From Rhodospirillales bacterium (GTDB lineage Bacteria > Pseudomonadota > Alphaproteobacteria > Bin95): DNA of 64,000 nucleotides. Below, one piece after another: positions 1-10,493 of the stretch. The DNA is taken from the NCBI GenBank assembly GCA_038143065.1, contig JAYQLI010000035.1, positions 672,001 through 736,000 on the forward strand, written 5' to 3'. A program made the position numbers and the translations under genes. The notes below the pieces were generated by a model. It ran no database searches, was not told where the DNA came from, and saw only the letters and a list, made by a program, of their open reading frames with translations. The stretch's first letter is position 1. Every line of letters starts with the position of its first letter.

Positions 1-2
1 CT

Positions 3-785
3 TTACTCTCGGCGACACTGGCTTATGCCGCCAAAAAGAATATGGACAGCTTTGCTAGCGCCACCTTCTTCACAACGCTTGTTGACTTTGAAAAAGCTGG
101 CGAACTCTCAGTCTTTGTTGACGAAGATCAAATTCAAGCCATTGAACGTAAAATGCGCGACAAAGGCTTTCTAGACGGTGCTGAAATGGCGTCAACTTTT
201 AATAGTTTACGCTCTAACGACCTAATTTGGTCTTTTGTAGTAAGTAATTATCTAATGGGGAAAGAGCCCTTTCCTTTTGATTTATTGTTCTGGAATTCTG
301 ATTCCACACGGCTCCCTGAAGCAATGCATTCTTTTTATCTCAGAAATATGTACCAAAAAAATTTGATGCGTGAGCCAGGCGGTATTTCTATGGGTAATGT
401 ACCAATTAATTTAGGCGATATTGATGTTCCAACATACTTTCTAGCCACTAAGGAGGATCACATTGCTCCATGGCCAGGCGTTTATCAGGGTATGAAACGT
501 TTTGGTGGTGAATCAAAATTTGTGCTGGCTGCCTCAGGACATATCGCTGGGGTAATTAATCCTCCTGCTGCAGAGAAATATAGCTACTGGACCAATGAGA
601 AAAAATTAGATGAGCAAGGGGATTGGCTGGAAAGCTCTGTCGAAAAGCCTGGCTCTTGGTGGGTTGATTGGCAATCTTGGATCCTAAGTAATACCGGTCT
701 AAAAGTTCCGGCCCGTATTCCTGGTAAAGGTAAGTTAAGCAGGATTGAAGCTGCGCCAGGCTCCTACGTTAAAGTTCGATCATAG
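3..785 (+). CDS. phaC: Class I poly(3-hydroxyalkanoate) synthase, C-terminal part (open at left edge)
   Basis: Frame is open from position 3. It shows LRSNDLIW, FDLLFWNSDSTRLP, catalytic EDHIAPW and SGHIAG, and C-terminal GSWW and APGSYV. Confidence 0.93.
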   Translation, partial: LLSATLAYAAKKNMDSFASATFFTTLVDFEKAGELSVFVDEDQIQAIERKMRDKGFLDGAEMASTFNSLRSNDLIWSFVVSNYLMGKEPFPFDLLFWNSDSTRLPEAMHSFYLRNMYQKNLMREPGGISMGNVPINLGDIDVPTYFLATKEDHIAPWPGVYQGMKRFGGESKFVLAASGHIAGVINPPAAEKYSYWTNEKKLDEQGDWLESSVEKPGSWWVDWQSWILSNTGLKVPARIPGKGKLSRIEAAPGSYVKVRS

Positions 786-841
786 CGTATTCGCACTCTT
801 AAACAGAATTACCTGCTAACACCTAAATTTTTAGGCTGGAT

Positions 842-875
842 CTAAAACTGTGGCTTAACAGTCCACAGTCTTTAG
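842..875 (+). terminator. Hairpin downstream of phaC, possible terminator
   Basis: ACTGTGG (847-853) pairs with CCACAGT (863-869), extendable by CTAAA/TTTAG. The U-tract is weak. Confidence 0.35.
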
Positions 876-913
876 TGTAGCTAGCACTTAATTCGCGGAT
901 TATAAGCGGTCCT

Positions 914-1878
914 ATGATAATGCCTTCTGCTGAATCGCTGTCCTCTCGCCACCTTATTGGTATCGAGGGCCTTTCGCCCGCTGAAATTGGTTTGCTTCTG
1001 GATTTATCTGATCGCTATGTCGATTTTAATCGTAGTGCAAACAAGAAAGGTGACGCACTACGTGGACGAACAATTATTAATGTTTTTTTCGAAAACTCGA
1101 CACGTACACGCACTTCTTTTGAGCTGGCTGGAAAACGCTTAGGAGCGGATGTCATCAATATCTCTCCGGAGGTGAGCTCTGTTCGTAAAGGCGAGACACT
1201 CCTCGATACAGCTTTAACTTTGGATGCAATGCATGCCGATCTATTGGTTGTTCGACATCCTGAATCTGGAGCCGTTGGCCTAATTTCGCAAAAAGTGCGC
1301 TGCTCAGTTGTTAATGGTGGCGACGGCGCACACGAGCATCCAACACAAGCTCTTTTAGATGCCCTTGCAATCCGTCGACGTAAGGGAAAACTCTCCGGCC
1401 TAATAGTCGCGATATGTGGCGATATTCTTCATAGCCGGGTTGCCCGTTCAAATATGATTTTGCTTCGAACAATGGGTGCAGAAGTAAGGCTGGTGGCACC
1501 CCTACTCTTTTACCAGCTGAGGTAGAAAGATACGGAGTAACCGTCCATACTAACCTTTCAGAGGGTTTAAAAGATGCAGACATCGTCATGATGTTGCGCC
1601 TTCAGCAAGGACGGATGCGTGGAAGTTTTGTCCCCTCCACAACTGAGTACTTTCGATTTTTTGGTTTGGACAGCCAAAAGCTTGCGATGGCTAAACCAGA
1701 CGCCCTTATTATGCACCCTGGCCCTATGAATAGAGGTGTCGAAATTGACTCTGATGTGGCTGACGACATTAATCGCAGCCTAATCCAAGAACAGGTAGAG
1801 ATGGGCGTTGCAGTACGCATGGCATGTCTTGACCTGTTAACCAGAGATCTCACGGGTAATGAGGGGCCGGCAGAATGA
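914..1878 (+). CDS. pyrB: Aspartate carbamoyltransferase catalytic subunit (frameshift near 1500)
   Basis: [34 protein letters not shown] and [12 protein letters not shown]. Adding one C to the C-run at ~1499-1502 gives [11 protein letters not shown] and joins ORFs 914..1525 and 1588..1878. Confidence 0.95.
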
Positions 1879-3168
1879 AGCGTATGTTCTTTCAGAATGC
1901 CCGAATTTTAGACCCAGCGAGTAATCTGGATGTCGTTGGTGGACTTCTCGTTGAGAATGGAAAAATTGCGGATCTTGGTCCAGATCTTGGAGATCCACCT
2001 CTAGATGTCGAGGTTTTTGACTGCAAAGGTCTTTGTCTCGCCCCCGGCCTCGTAGATATACGTGTTCACCTGTGTGAACCAGGCGAAGAACACAAAGAAA
2101 CCATCGATGGCCTTTCTGCCTCAGCAGCTAAAGGAGGCATAACAACATTAGTTGGGCTGCCTAATACTGAGCCTCCAATTGATGACGCTGCAGTCGTAGA
2201 GTTTGTTGCAAGACGTGCTCGCGAAGTTCGTGGAGTGAAAATTTTTGTCTACGGCGCCGCCACTAAGGGCTTTGACGGGAAACGCCTCACTGAAATGGGA
2301 TTATTAAAAGAGGCTGGAGCAAGAGCCTTTACAGACGGCAATATTGCTATTGCAGATGCCATGATGATGCGTCGCGTTCTATCATACGCTAGTGGTTTTG
2401 ACGCCCTAGTCATCCAGCACCCTGAAGAGCCAACACTAACAGCGTCTGCGGTAGCAACTGAGGGTGAATTTGCGACCAGATTAGGTCTATCTGCGGCACC
2501 GGCCTCAGCAGAGGTCATGATGGTGGAACGTGACATCCGACTTGTTGAAATGACAGGCGCTCGCTATCACGCCGCACATATTTCGACTGCTGCCACCGTC
2601 GATAAAATTGCAGATGCAAAATCACGTGGCCTGAATGTTAGTGCTGATACCGCTCCAGCGTATTTTGCCCTAAATGAAACTGAGATTTTAAAATATCGAA
2701 CTTTTTCAAAACTATCACCGCCACTGAGATCAGAAGATGATCGTCGATCTATTGTTGAAGCTCTCAAGGCAGGAACTATCGACGTCATCGCAAGCGATCA
2801 CTGGCCTCAAGACCAAGAGTCAAAGCGTCTACCTTTTGCTCAAGCCAATCCTGGTGCTGTGGGTGTTGAAACTCTGCTGCCAGTGTGTCTCGAACTCGTG
2901 CATAAGGGTGAAATTGGATTACTCGACCTTCTAGGAAAACTGACAGTAAACCCAGCAAAGCTTCTTGGCCTTCCAGGAGGAAGTTTAAAGGAAAGGCGGT
3001 CCGGCAGATATAGTTGTGTTTGATATTGACCGGCCCTTCAAAGTTGACTCAGACAAACTTAATTCAAAATCAAAAAACTCAGCATTCGATGGTCGTCCTG
3101 TTCAAGGAATGGTCATGGTAACTATGGTGGATGGCCGTATCGTCTATGATGGACGCATCTCAGAATGA
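1875..3168 (+). CDS. pyrC: Dihydroorotase (PyrC/PyrC'-type; frameshift near 2990)
   Basis: [27 protein letters not shown] and ASDHWP. The C-terminus ADIVVFD...[10 protein letters not shown] continues in another frame to TGA 3168. It overlaps the pyrB stop. Confidence 0.92.
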
Positions 3169-3776
3169 TATACCCCTTAGGAGGTTGGGATTTCATTTGG
3201 CCTTTAATCTTCGGCTTCCTTGCAGCCTACGTACTAGGCTCAATACCGTTCGGACTTATATTAACAAAGCTATTTGGTGCTGGAGATATTCGAACAATAG
3301 GTTCCGGTAATATTGGCGCGACGAATGTTTTAAGAACAGGCCGAAAAGGTTTAGCTGCTTTCACGCTTATTCTTGATATTGGAAAAGGTACCACTGCTGT
3401 TGCCTTAGGATGGCACTTCGGTGGTCCAGACTTAGCCACGCTGGCTGCCTACGGAGCAGTTTTAGGACACTGCTTCCCTATATGGCTTAAATTTAAAGGC
3501 GGAAAAGGTGTTGCAACCTTTTTGGGTGTTGGGTTTGGACTCGCAGCACCAATCGGGATAGTTGCAGCTGCGGTTTGGATAGCTTCTGTAGTCTTCTCAA
3601 GAATATCTTCTGTAGGTGGTTTACTGTCCGCAATATCAGCACCAGTAACAGCGGCTCTAATTGGTGACAGGCAATTGACGGAAGCTACAGCCCTTATAGC
3701 GATCCTTATTATCCTTAGACACAAGGAAAATATCCATCGCATTATCCGAAAAGAGGAACCAAAAATTGGAGAATAA
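3165..3776 (+). CDS. plsY: Glycerol-3-phosphate 1-O-acyltransferase PlsY
   Basis: YVLGSIPFG, GSGNIGATNVLR, GHCFP, FKGGKGVAT and RHKENI motifs. Confidence 0.96.
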   Translation: MIYPLGGWDFIWPLIFGFLAAYVLGSIPFGLILTKLFGAGDIRTIGSGNIGATNVLRTGRKGLAAFTLILDIGKGTTAVALGWHFGGPDLATLAAYGAVLGHCFPIWLKFKGGKGVATFLGVGFGLAAPIGIVAAAVWIASVVFSRISSVGGLLSAISAPVTAALIGDRQLTEATALIAILIILRHKENIHRIIRKEEPKIGE

Positions 3777-3880
3777 GGCATAACAAAACGCGTTGGCCTT
3801 GTTCCTCTTAACCCAAGCAATTTAGCCTAGATAATCTGTTTCTTTATTTTTAATAAACCTTCGCTTGAGTGATGAGCTTA

Positions 3881-5107
3881 TCATTTCCACTTCAGTTTTG
3901 GTTCAAAACCAAAACAACGTGCGGAGTTCATTCCTAGAATATTTCGTTTGGCTTCTTCGTCTAACCAGTCAATTTCAGCGATGACACGCGGTGCATCAAA
4001 ATCGAAGTGCGGCCAGTCCGATGCGTAAAGTAATTGGGTCTTAGCATTAATCATCTCAAAGGTAGCCTTGAGACCCACCTCACTAGACTTTTCCATTGGC
4101 TGACAAGTGTACCAACAATTTTGGCGCATATAGTCAGAGGGCATTTGCTTTAAGAGAGGCGCCTCGGACATCCTCATTAAATATTGGTCATCGAGGCGTT
4201 GCATTACAAATGGAACCCATGCAAGACCACTTTCAATCCATACCGATTTTAGATTAGGGAACCTCTCTGGAATTCCATTGAGTATCCAATTCGTCATATG
4301 AACGATATTGCACCACGCAAACCCAAGTGCATGCATTCCGAGAAAACTATTACATGTTGCTAACGAAGGGTCTTGCCAGTGGTAGCCCGCATGAAAAGCA
4401 ATTGGTTTTCCAGTTTCCTCAATCATTCGTTAAAGTCGCATATTTTCATTTGCGTGCACTGGCTTGTATCGAGTTGAGGTTACCGTAAATCCGATAACGC
4501 CAGGTTTATCTGCAAAATCCTCAACGGTACGACAGGCATCTTCAGGCGAGTTAAAGGGAAGAAGTGCCAATGCTCCAATTCCATCATCGCCAGGGGTTAC
4601 TCGTTCTGTCAGCCATCGATTATATGCACGAGTAAGCAACACCTCCATTTCCACTTGAGGGTGCATCCCCAGAAAAAGCATCGGGGTAGGAAAAACCACC
4701 ATTTTATCGATGCACATAGCTTCCATAGCGCGACGAGTTAAGACGACATCTCTATGAACGTCGCCTTCTTCCACCTTCTCACGCTGACCAGATTGATGAG
4801 GAATTCGACCCCCTACATCCTGATATCGAAGACCAAGGTCTCCATTTAATCCATAAGGTGGCGCCCCAAAACGCTCTTTTTGATAAGTCATTGCTTGATG
4901 ACGAACTACAGGGTCTTCTATGTGTTCGATGACCTCGTGCCAGTGTACAGTCTCTAAGTGGTGGGCATCGATGTCGCAGATAAACCAATCCGCAAACCCC
5001 ATTTTCCGGGCGTCTTCACGAGCAGGCGCGAGGTAATCGCGAGTATCAGTATAGACGTCCATTTCCTGGACGGGCATTACCTTTGGCGAAATTATATTTG
5101 CGTCCAC
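3881..5107 (-). CDS. Amidohydrolase_2-fold protein, probable dinuclear oxygenase (in-frame TAA at 4430-4432)
   Basis: ORFs 4430..5107 and 3881..4426 are in the same frame (MRL*RMIEE). Motifs are DIDAHH, RAYNRWL, FHAG, IESG and ASDWPHFDFD. Confidence 0.85.
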
Positions 5108-5143
5108 TGCCTGTCTCCTTTCTAGAAGTACTTTAACAACACA

Positions 5144-5512
5144 CTAATCACCGAGAGGCTCTGGTGGGAGATCATGATAATCTTCTGGACGACGGCGAGA
5201 CCAGAGGCCAAATTCCATTGGTCCTAATCTTAGAGCTCTCAGGATCTCTGTGACGGACGTTAAAGCCTCGGTAGGCGTTAAGATCTCGTCACTCTCACCA
5301 AGCACTGCTTTAGGGCTCCGCATCTCTCCATCAGCTTTTGCAGCATAAAGTTTTAATGCTGCCGTCATAATCCTTGCAACTGCCACATCTGAAACACGGC
5401 CCGCCTCGCCCTCTGCGAGAAGAGCTTTGGCATCTTCCCAGACGCGGCCAGACATTGCTTCTAGATCTGCTGCTGGATCGTTTCCTTTAAGGATATCCTT
5501 AGATGACGACAT
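5144..5512 (-). CDS. Small uncharacterised helical protein between Rieske and amidohydrolase genes
   Basis: Clean ORF whose likely start (MSSSKD, 5512) overlaps the Rieske stop, followed by a short gap and RBS before the next gene. Confidence 0.75.
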   Translation of the reverse strand: MSSSKDILKGNDPAADLEAMSGRVWEDAKALLAEGEAGRVSDVAVARIMTAALKLYAAKADGEMRSPKAVLGESDEILTPTEALTSVTEILRALRLGPMEFGLWSRRRPEDYHDLPPEPLGD

Positions 5513-5872
5513 AAACATCACCATCTTGGACCTGGGTTGGATACCCTTCGAGGGCCATTATTTTCACGTCCGATGCACCAGCGAATTGCCCAGTTCGTAT
5601 GTCGAACTCAAGCCCATGCCACGGGCAGACTATATGAATGCTCTCTTCATCATAATCCCGCCCCTACTCTTCAAGTCAGCATCCAGGACCTCAATTACTT
5701 TATTAAAAATTCTTCCCTGACAGATTGGACCACCTTGATGTGGGCACCTATTTTTCCAGGCATAAAACTCATCGCCAATACGAAAAATACCAATTTGTTC
5801 GCCATCAGCTTCAATGACTATTTTTCCGCCATCTTCAATCTCACTTACTTGGCTTACTCGTATCGTTGGCAT
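5499..5872 (-). CDS. Rieske [2Fe-2S] ferredoxin (frameshift near 5662)
   Basis: CPHQGGP, then after one extra G in a G-run, VCPWHGLEFDIRTG, ending GDVYVVI* at 5499. Confidence 0.88.
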
Positions 5873-6039
5873 TGATTATCCCACTGGAATTTTGAAAATC
5901 AGGAAGTAATAATCTCCATTAAGCCCTCAGCGATCAACTGATCTTGCACAAATTACTTAATTTTTGCTCGAATTAGCAAACTTCTGGCCTGATAGGCCTT
6001 GTTCCATCGGCCCACGAACTCAAGAGCTATCAATGGAAA

Positions 6040-7197
6040 TTATTTAACTGGTGGTGTGTGGAGAACCTGTCCTGGATAAATAAGATCTGGATTAGTTACC
6101 TGATCTCTGTTTGCAGCAAAGATCACAGTATAGCGAAAACCTGATCCATACGTGCGCCTTGCAATCCGCCATAGACTATTTCCGGGTTGAACCACAACTA
6201 ATCGCCCCTTAGGAAATTTCTGGACTAATTCATCGGGGGCAAACGGCATACTTGCGGTAGAATATTCATCGCCCAAAGAGGCTGTAGCCACAATTTTATT
6301 GGCCCCATCAGCCATACCCTCGATGGTTGTGAGCGACCATTGCCCCTGATCATCAGTATCGGTCGAGCCAATGGTCCGACCATTTACTTCAATACTTATC
6401 TTCGAACCAGGTTTAGCTTCCCCACTAATCGCTAAACGTCCTTTTTCGTCATAATCAATAATTTTTATCTTGAGTAGTTTGCCTTCAGCACTCTCTTTAG
6501 AGGCGTTAGAGTTTGATACTGACGCGTTATCTCCACTTTTTTGAGCTGTATCTAAGGGTCTTCTAGATAAAGGTTCTTGCAATATTCTAGATACAGTATC
6601 TGCAGTATCTTTCTGCGCCACAATCAGGGCCGGGCCTCCAGGAAATCTCGAGATAACTAATCTTTCGGAAGCTACCTTTATTTCACCGCCGGGAATTTCT
6701 TCTGCAACTAATGCCAGTACACTCTCTCCCTCAGGCAAGGGAGCATTTGTGAGAATAGTGAAACTTCCATCTTCAAGAGATAATGTTTCTCCTACTACTG
6801 AGCCATCCAACTTCTTTAGCCAGACCCGCACATTACGAAATGCACGACCTGAGAATACCCCATTCCCAAGCTCATCAACTTCTGCCACATCAAATCGAGG
6901 TAGATTATTGTTTTCTCCTTTATCACCGCTATCAATTTTAGAGGAATTTGAGCTTTGACTGGTTGCTTTGACGTCCAGTTTGGTCTCATTAGACCGGCTT
7001 AAGACTTTTTGAGCTTCGTTGAGTGCCTTCTTTAGGGATTCATTATTAGATTGTTCAGTTGCGATAGTTGGCCGAGGCGACATCACAACTTTTTCGCCTT
7101 CGCCATCGGCTGGCTCATTTGTTATTAATTGGCTGTAATAAACACCGCCGATTATTATCCCTATTGTTAGGAGTCGAGCCCACCAAGACCTTTTCAC
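6040..7197 (-). CDS. Membrane-anchored LysM peptidoglycan-binding protein with Ig-like repeats
   Basis: N-terminal transmembrane helix, two beta-rich repeats (VFSGRA, ISGEAKPG), and C-terminal LysM VVVQPGNSLWRIARRTYGSGFRYTVIFAANRDQVTNPDLIYPGQ. Confidence 0.88.
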   Translation of the reverse strand: MKRSWWARLLTIGIIIGGVYYSQLITNEPADGEGEKVVMSPRPTIATEQSNNESLKKALNEAQKVLSRSNETKLDVKATSQSSNSSKIDSGDKGENNNLPRFDVAEVDELGNGVFSGRAFRNVRVWLKKLDGSVVGETLSLEDGSFTILTNAPLPEGESVLALVAEEIPGGEIKVASERLVISRFPGGPALIVAQKDTADTVSRILQEPLSRRPLDTAQKSGDNASVSNSNASKESAEGKLLKIKIIDYDEKGRLAISGEAKPGSKISIEVNGRTIGSTDTDDQGQWSLTTIEGMADGANKIVATASLGDEYSTASMPFAPDELVQKFPKGRLVVVQPGNSLWRIARRTYGSGFRYTVIFAANRDQVTNPDLIYPGQVLHTPPVK

Positions 7198-7316
7198 GAC
7201 GTCAAACCCTCCCGCGAAGCGTGCTTTAAGCGTTTTTCAGCCAATGTTACATAATGCACTGCAATTACTGTTTTTATAAGAGGACTCATGTCACAACAGC
7301 TCAATTGGTTCATTCC

Positions 7317-7868
7317 ATGACAACAAAATTTAACGTCTGCGTGTTCTGTGGTTCCAGAAAAGGCAATAATTTGGACTTTCGCACCACCGCGGTAGCTACT
7401 GGAACGGCTATTGGAAAACGTGGTTGGAGATTGGTTTACGGCGGCGGTGGCGTAGGCTTAATGGACGAGGTAGCGAATTCGACCATCGCAGCGGGAGGTG
7501 AAGTAATAGGAGTAATTCCAGAATTCCTTCGCATCCGCGAAGCTGGGCACGAAGGCCTTCATGACCTAATCACAACATCAGGGATGCATGATCGAAAGCA
7601 AATTATGTATAGCATCGCAAACGCTTTCCTGATCTTACCTGGTGGTGTGGGAACTTTAGATGAGACAATTGAAATTATAACCTGGAAGCAGTTAGAACTT
7701 CATAAAAAGCCTATCATTCTTATAGATACAAACAATTTCTGGAGTCATTTCTTAAAAACATTGGAAAATAGTGTCGATAACGGTTTCATGGATAAATCTA
7801 TTTTTGATTTGTTTGAAATAGCTCCTGATGTAGACGCCGCAATAGCCAAGATTGAGACGACATTGTGA
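7317..7868 (+). CDS. LOG family nucleotide monophosphate nucleosidase (TIGR00730-like)
   Basis: VCVFCGS, VYGGG, MHDRK and PGGVGTLDE. The start is uncertain (ORF open from 7254). Confidence 0.92.
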   Translation: MTTKFNVCVFCGSRKGNNLDFRTTAVATGTAIGKRGWRLVYGGGGVGLMDEVANSTIAAGGEVIGVIPEFLRIREAGHEGLHDLITTSGMHDRKQIMYSIANAFLILPGGVGTLDETIEIITWKQLELHKKPIILIDTNNFWSHFLKTLENSVDNGFMDKSIFDLFEIAPDVDAAIAKIETTL

Positions 7869-7898
7869 ACAATTCTAAAACACAAGGAATAGAAGTGC

Positions 7899-8267
7899 GT
7901 GTTTAAGTATCATGGGAGCTGCCATTGCGGCGCTGTGGAGATTGTTATGTCTAAAACATCTCCCATACAAAATATAACTGAATGCAACTGCTCCATCTGT
8001 CAAAAAAAAGGTATTTTGCACGTAGCAATACAAACCAATGAGCTCAACATACTTAAGGGCTCAAATTCTTTAGCTATGTACCAATTCGGTTCAAATGTAG
8101 CTGAACATAAATTTTGTAAAAGATGCGGAATACATATTTACGGAACGCCAAGGAGCGCGCCAGAACGACTGACTGTGAATATTCGCTGTCTTGATAATTT
8201 CTATGAAATAATCTCTACAGCTAAAATAACTAAATTTGATGGGAAAAATCATCCAAAAGATCAATAA
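7899..8267 (+). CDS. GFA/CENP-V family zinc protein
   Basis: GSCHCGAV, CNCSICQKKG and HKFCKRCGI. Confidence 0.9.
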   Translation: MFKYHGSCHCGAVEIVMSKTSPIQNITECNCSICQKKGILHVAIQTNELNILKGSNSLAMYQFGSNVAEHKFCKRCGIHIYGTPRSAPERLTVNIRCLDNFYEIISTAKITKFDGKNHPKDQ

Positions 8268-8342
8268 AATTATTGTTTTACAATAAATTCCTAATTTAAT
8301 TTTTGATCAGAAAACCTCTTTAAAATCCCCATCACTCATTAA

Positions 8343-8829
8343 TTATTTTGGCTTTAGATAATGGAGCTCGTCACCCGTCCATCCAACACCGTTGGGTACC
8401 GTATAATAGAAATCAATTGTCATTTCTTTAAACAACCAACCTGCCTCCGTTCGATGATAGACATCATCATAACGACCAGAAACAAGATATGAGACACCAA
8501 ACCTGCCATATCTAGCCTCTAGATAAGAATGACCAGTTCCCCGATCTCCATCCACAAATATTCTATGGCTATGAATCATCTGCTTTATAAAAAATCGGTC
8601 TCTCTTCCCCCATACCCTGGAAAGTAGCCTCAATTTCAGCCTTTCCACGGCTTTGGGATAAGTATCCCAATTTTACATAGGCATCTTCAGTAAAAAGCTT
8701 TGCAATATCGCTGTACCGTCCATCATTTATTGCAGCATGATATGAGTCTCGCAGTGACCTTATCTCTTCACGGTCTTCGAGCATTCTAATTCGCGCTTCA
8801 AGTCTCTTTATGGTTTTATCATCCGACAT
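8343..8829 (-). CDS. NTF2/SnoaL-like protein (frameshift near 8605)
   Basis: RIRMLEDREEIRSL, LFTEDA and, in the second frame, GRYDDVYHRTEAGWLF. Confidence 0.82.
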
Positions 8830-8893
8830 TTTTAAATCCGGCCCTTGGAATAAACTGATATTTATATTCTGAACTATATAGAGGATTTACCCA

Positions 8894-9706
8894 ATGCGCT
8901 TCTGGTACCAAAGTGTAACGAGAGAAGGATCATTTCCGAAGTACCGGGCAACACTACAGCGCCTCATAGACGCCGCAGCCGGGTCAAATTTATCGGTCGA
9001 TGTTCATGGAATCAGACGCCAAGGTGGTACGGGTGATCAGTATCGGTACCTTGCATTTTTAGAAACTGTTGAAATTTTGGAGAACGTGCATCGTGCCCAG
9101 CAAGAAGGCTATGATGCATTTTTAATAGGTAACTTATTTGATCCCGGACTTCGCGAAGCTAGAGAAATCGCAGACATTCCAGTGATAAGCCTAGGTGAGA
9201 CCGTACTTCAGACTGCTGAAACAATGGGAGAAACACTTGGATTTGTTTCAATAAATAAAAAATTTGAGCCACGCCTTTGGGATGTGATTAATCGCCGTAG
9301 GCTGGCAGATAAAGTTTCTAAAATTTCTTCCATGCAAGTACCTTCTATGGCCGAGTTAGAGGCAGCGGGGTCTAGCACTGACGCAACAGATGCTCTGCTG
9401 CAGAGGTTTATTAGAGCCGCGGACGAAACAGTAGATGCTGGCGCCGAAGTGGTTATTGCTGCAGGTGGCGTTGTAATGGCAATTGTAGCTGATCAGGGCA
9501 TCCACAAAACAAGTAAAGGAGCCCCAATTATTAACGGTGTTGCAGCTCTAATCCAGCAAGGGAAAGCAGCTGTTTCACTCCGCAATCTCATGGAAGGATC
9601 CTATACATCCCCTATTCTATCCTTTGCAAAACCAAGCGACAATGAAACGATAGGTTTCCGTAAAGCATATGGTCAACGTGTGTACCCAGGCGTTAAAGGA
9701 GAATAA
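8894..9706 (+). CDS. Asp/Glu/hydantoin racemase-fold protein lacking catalytic cysteines
   Basis: EGYDAFLIGNLFDPGLREAREIADIPV and GAEVVIAAGG match the family scaffold. The ORF has no Cys. Confidence 0.82.
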   Translation: MRFWYQSVTREGSFPKYRATLQRLIDAAAGSNLSVDVHGIRRQGGTGDQYRYLAFLETVEILENVHRAQQEGYDAFLIGNLFDPGLREAREIADIPVISLGETVLQTAETMGETLGFVSINKKFEPRLWDVINRRRLADKVSKISSMQVPSMAELEAAGSSTDATDALLQRFIRAADETVDAGAEVVIAAGGVVMAIVADQGIHKTSKGAPIINGVAALIQQGKAAVSLRNLMEGSYTSPILSFAKPSDNETIGFRKAYGQRVYPGVKGE

Positions 9707-9710
9707 CAAC

Positions 9711-10493
9711 ATGGAAATGAACCGAAGGTTTGCTGGTAAAACCGGAATTCTAACCGGTGGCGCTAAAGGCATAGGCAAGGCCACATCTCTCCGATTTTTG
9801 GCGGAAGGCGGCAACCTTGTTGTGATCGATAAAGAGCCCGAAGACGGGGAATTTGCAAACGCTCTGCGAAATGATGCAGGTGCCTCAGCCAACCGACTCT
9901 GTTTTATTCACTGCGAGGCTACCGATGAACATCAGGTGAATGAAGCGGTAGCTAAAGCTAATAAAGAAATCGGCGTACCTGATATCCTAATCAACAATGT
10001 TGGATTTGGCGGCAATCCAAGGCCAATCGAAGATCTGAGTCTTGATGAATGGCGTCAATTTCAAGATATCAATTTGACTAGTGTTTTTCTCCTCACGAGA
10101 GCGATTGTTCCAGGCATGAGGGAGAAGGGTTATGGACGCATTGTAAATCTTGCATCAATTGCCGGGCGCAGCATTTCTGAAATTTCCAATCTTCATTACT
10201 CAACGGCAAGGGCTGCTGTCCTAGGTTTCACCAGAAAACTAGCATTTGAAGAGGCAGCATACGGGATAACCATAAATGCCGTAGCTCCAGGCACAGTTTT
10301 TACAGAGCGAGTGGAGACCCGATACCGCGCCCTTCCTGAAGATGAACAGATATTGCGCATGGAAGAAATACCTATGAAACGAGCAGCAAGACCAGAAGAG
10401 ATTGCCTCTGCCATTCTTTTTCTTGCTTCTGATGACGCCAGCTACATCACTGGCGCTGCATTAGATGTTAATGGTGGTCGTTTTATGAGTTAA
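9711..10493 (+). CDS. Short-chain dehydrogenase/reductase
   Basis: TGGAKGIG, NNVG, GRIVNLAS, YSTAR, NAVAPG and YITGAALDVNGG. Confidence 0.92.
   Translation: MEMNRRFAGKTGILTGGAKGIGKATSLRFLAEGGNLVVIDKEPEDGEFANALRNDAGASANRLCFIHCEATDEHQVNEAVAKANKEIGVPDILINNVGFGGNPRPIEDLSLDEWRQFQDINLTSVFLLTRAIVPGMREKGYGRIVNLASIAGRSISEISNLHYSTARAAVLGFTRKLAFEEAAYGITINAVAPGTVFTERVETRYRALPEDEQILRMEEIPMKRAARPEEIASAILFLASDDASYITGAALDVNGGRFMS

Noticed and set aside
7750-8900. AT-rich patch as a horizontally acquired island
   Set aside because: It is short, has no integrase, tRNA or flanking repeats, and contains ordinary gene families.
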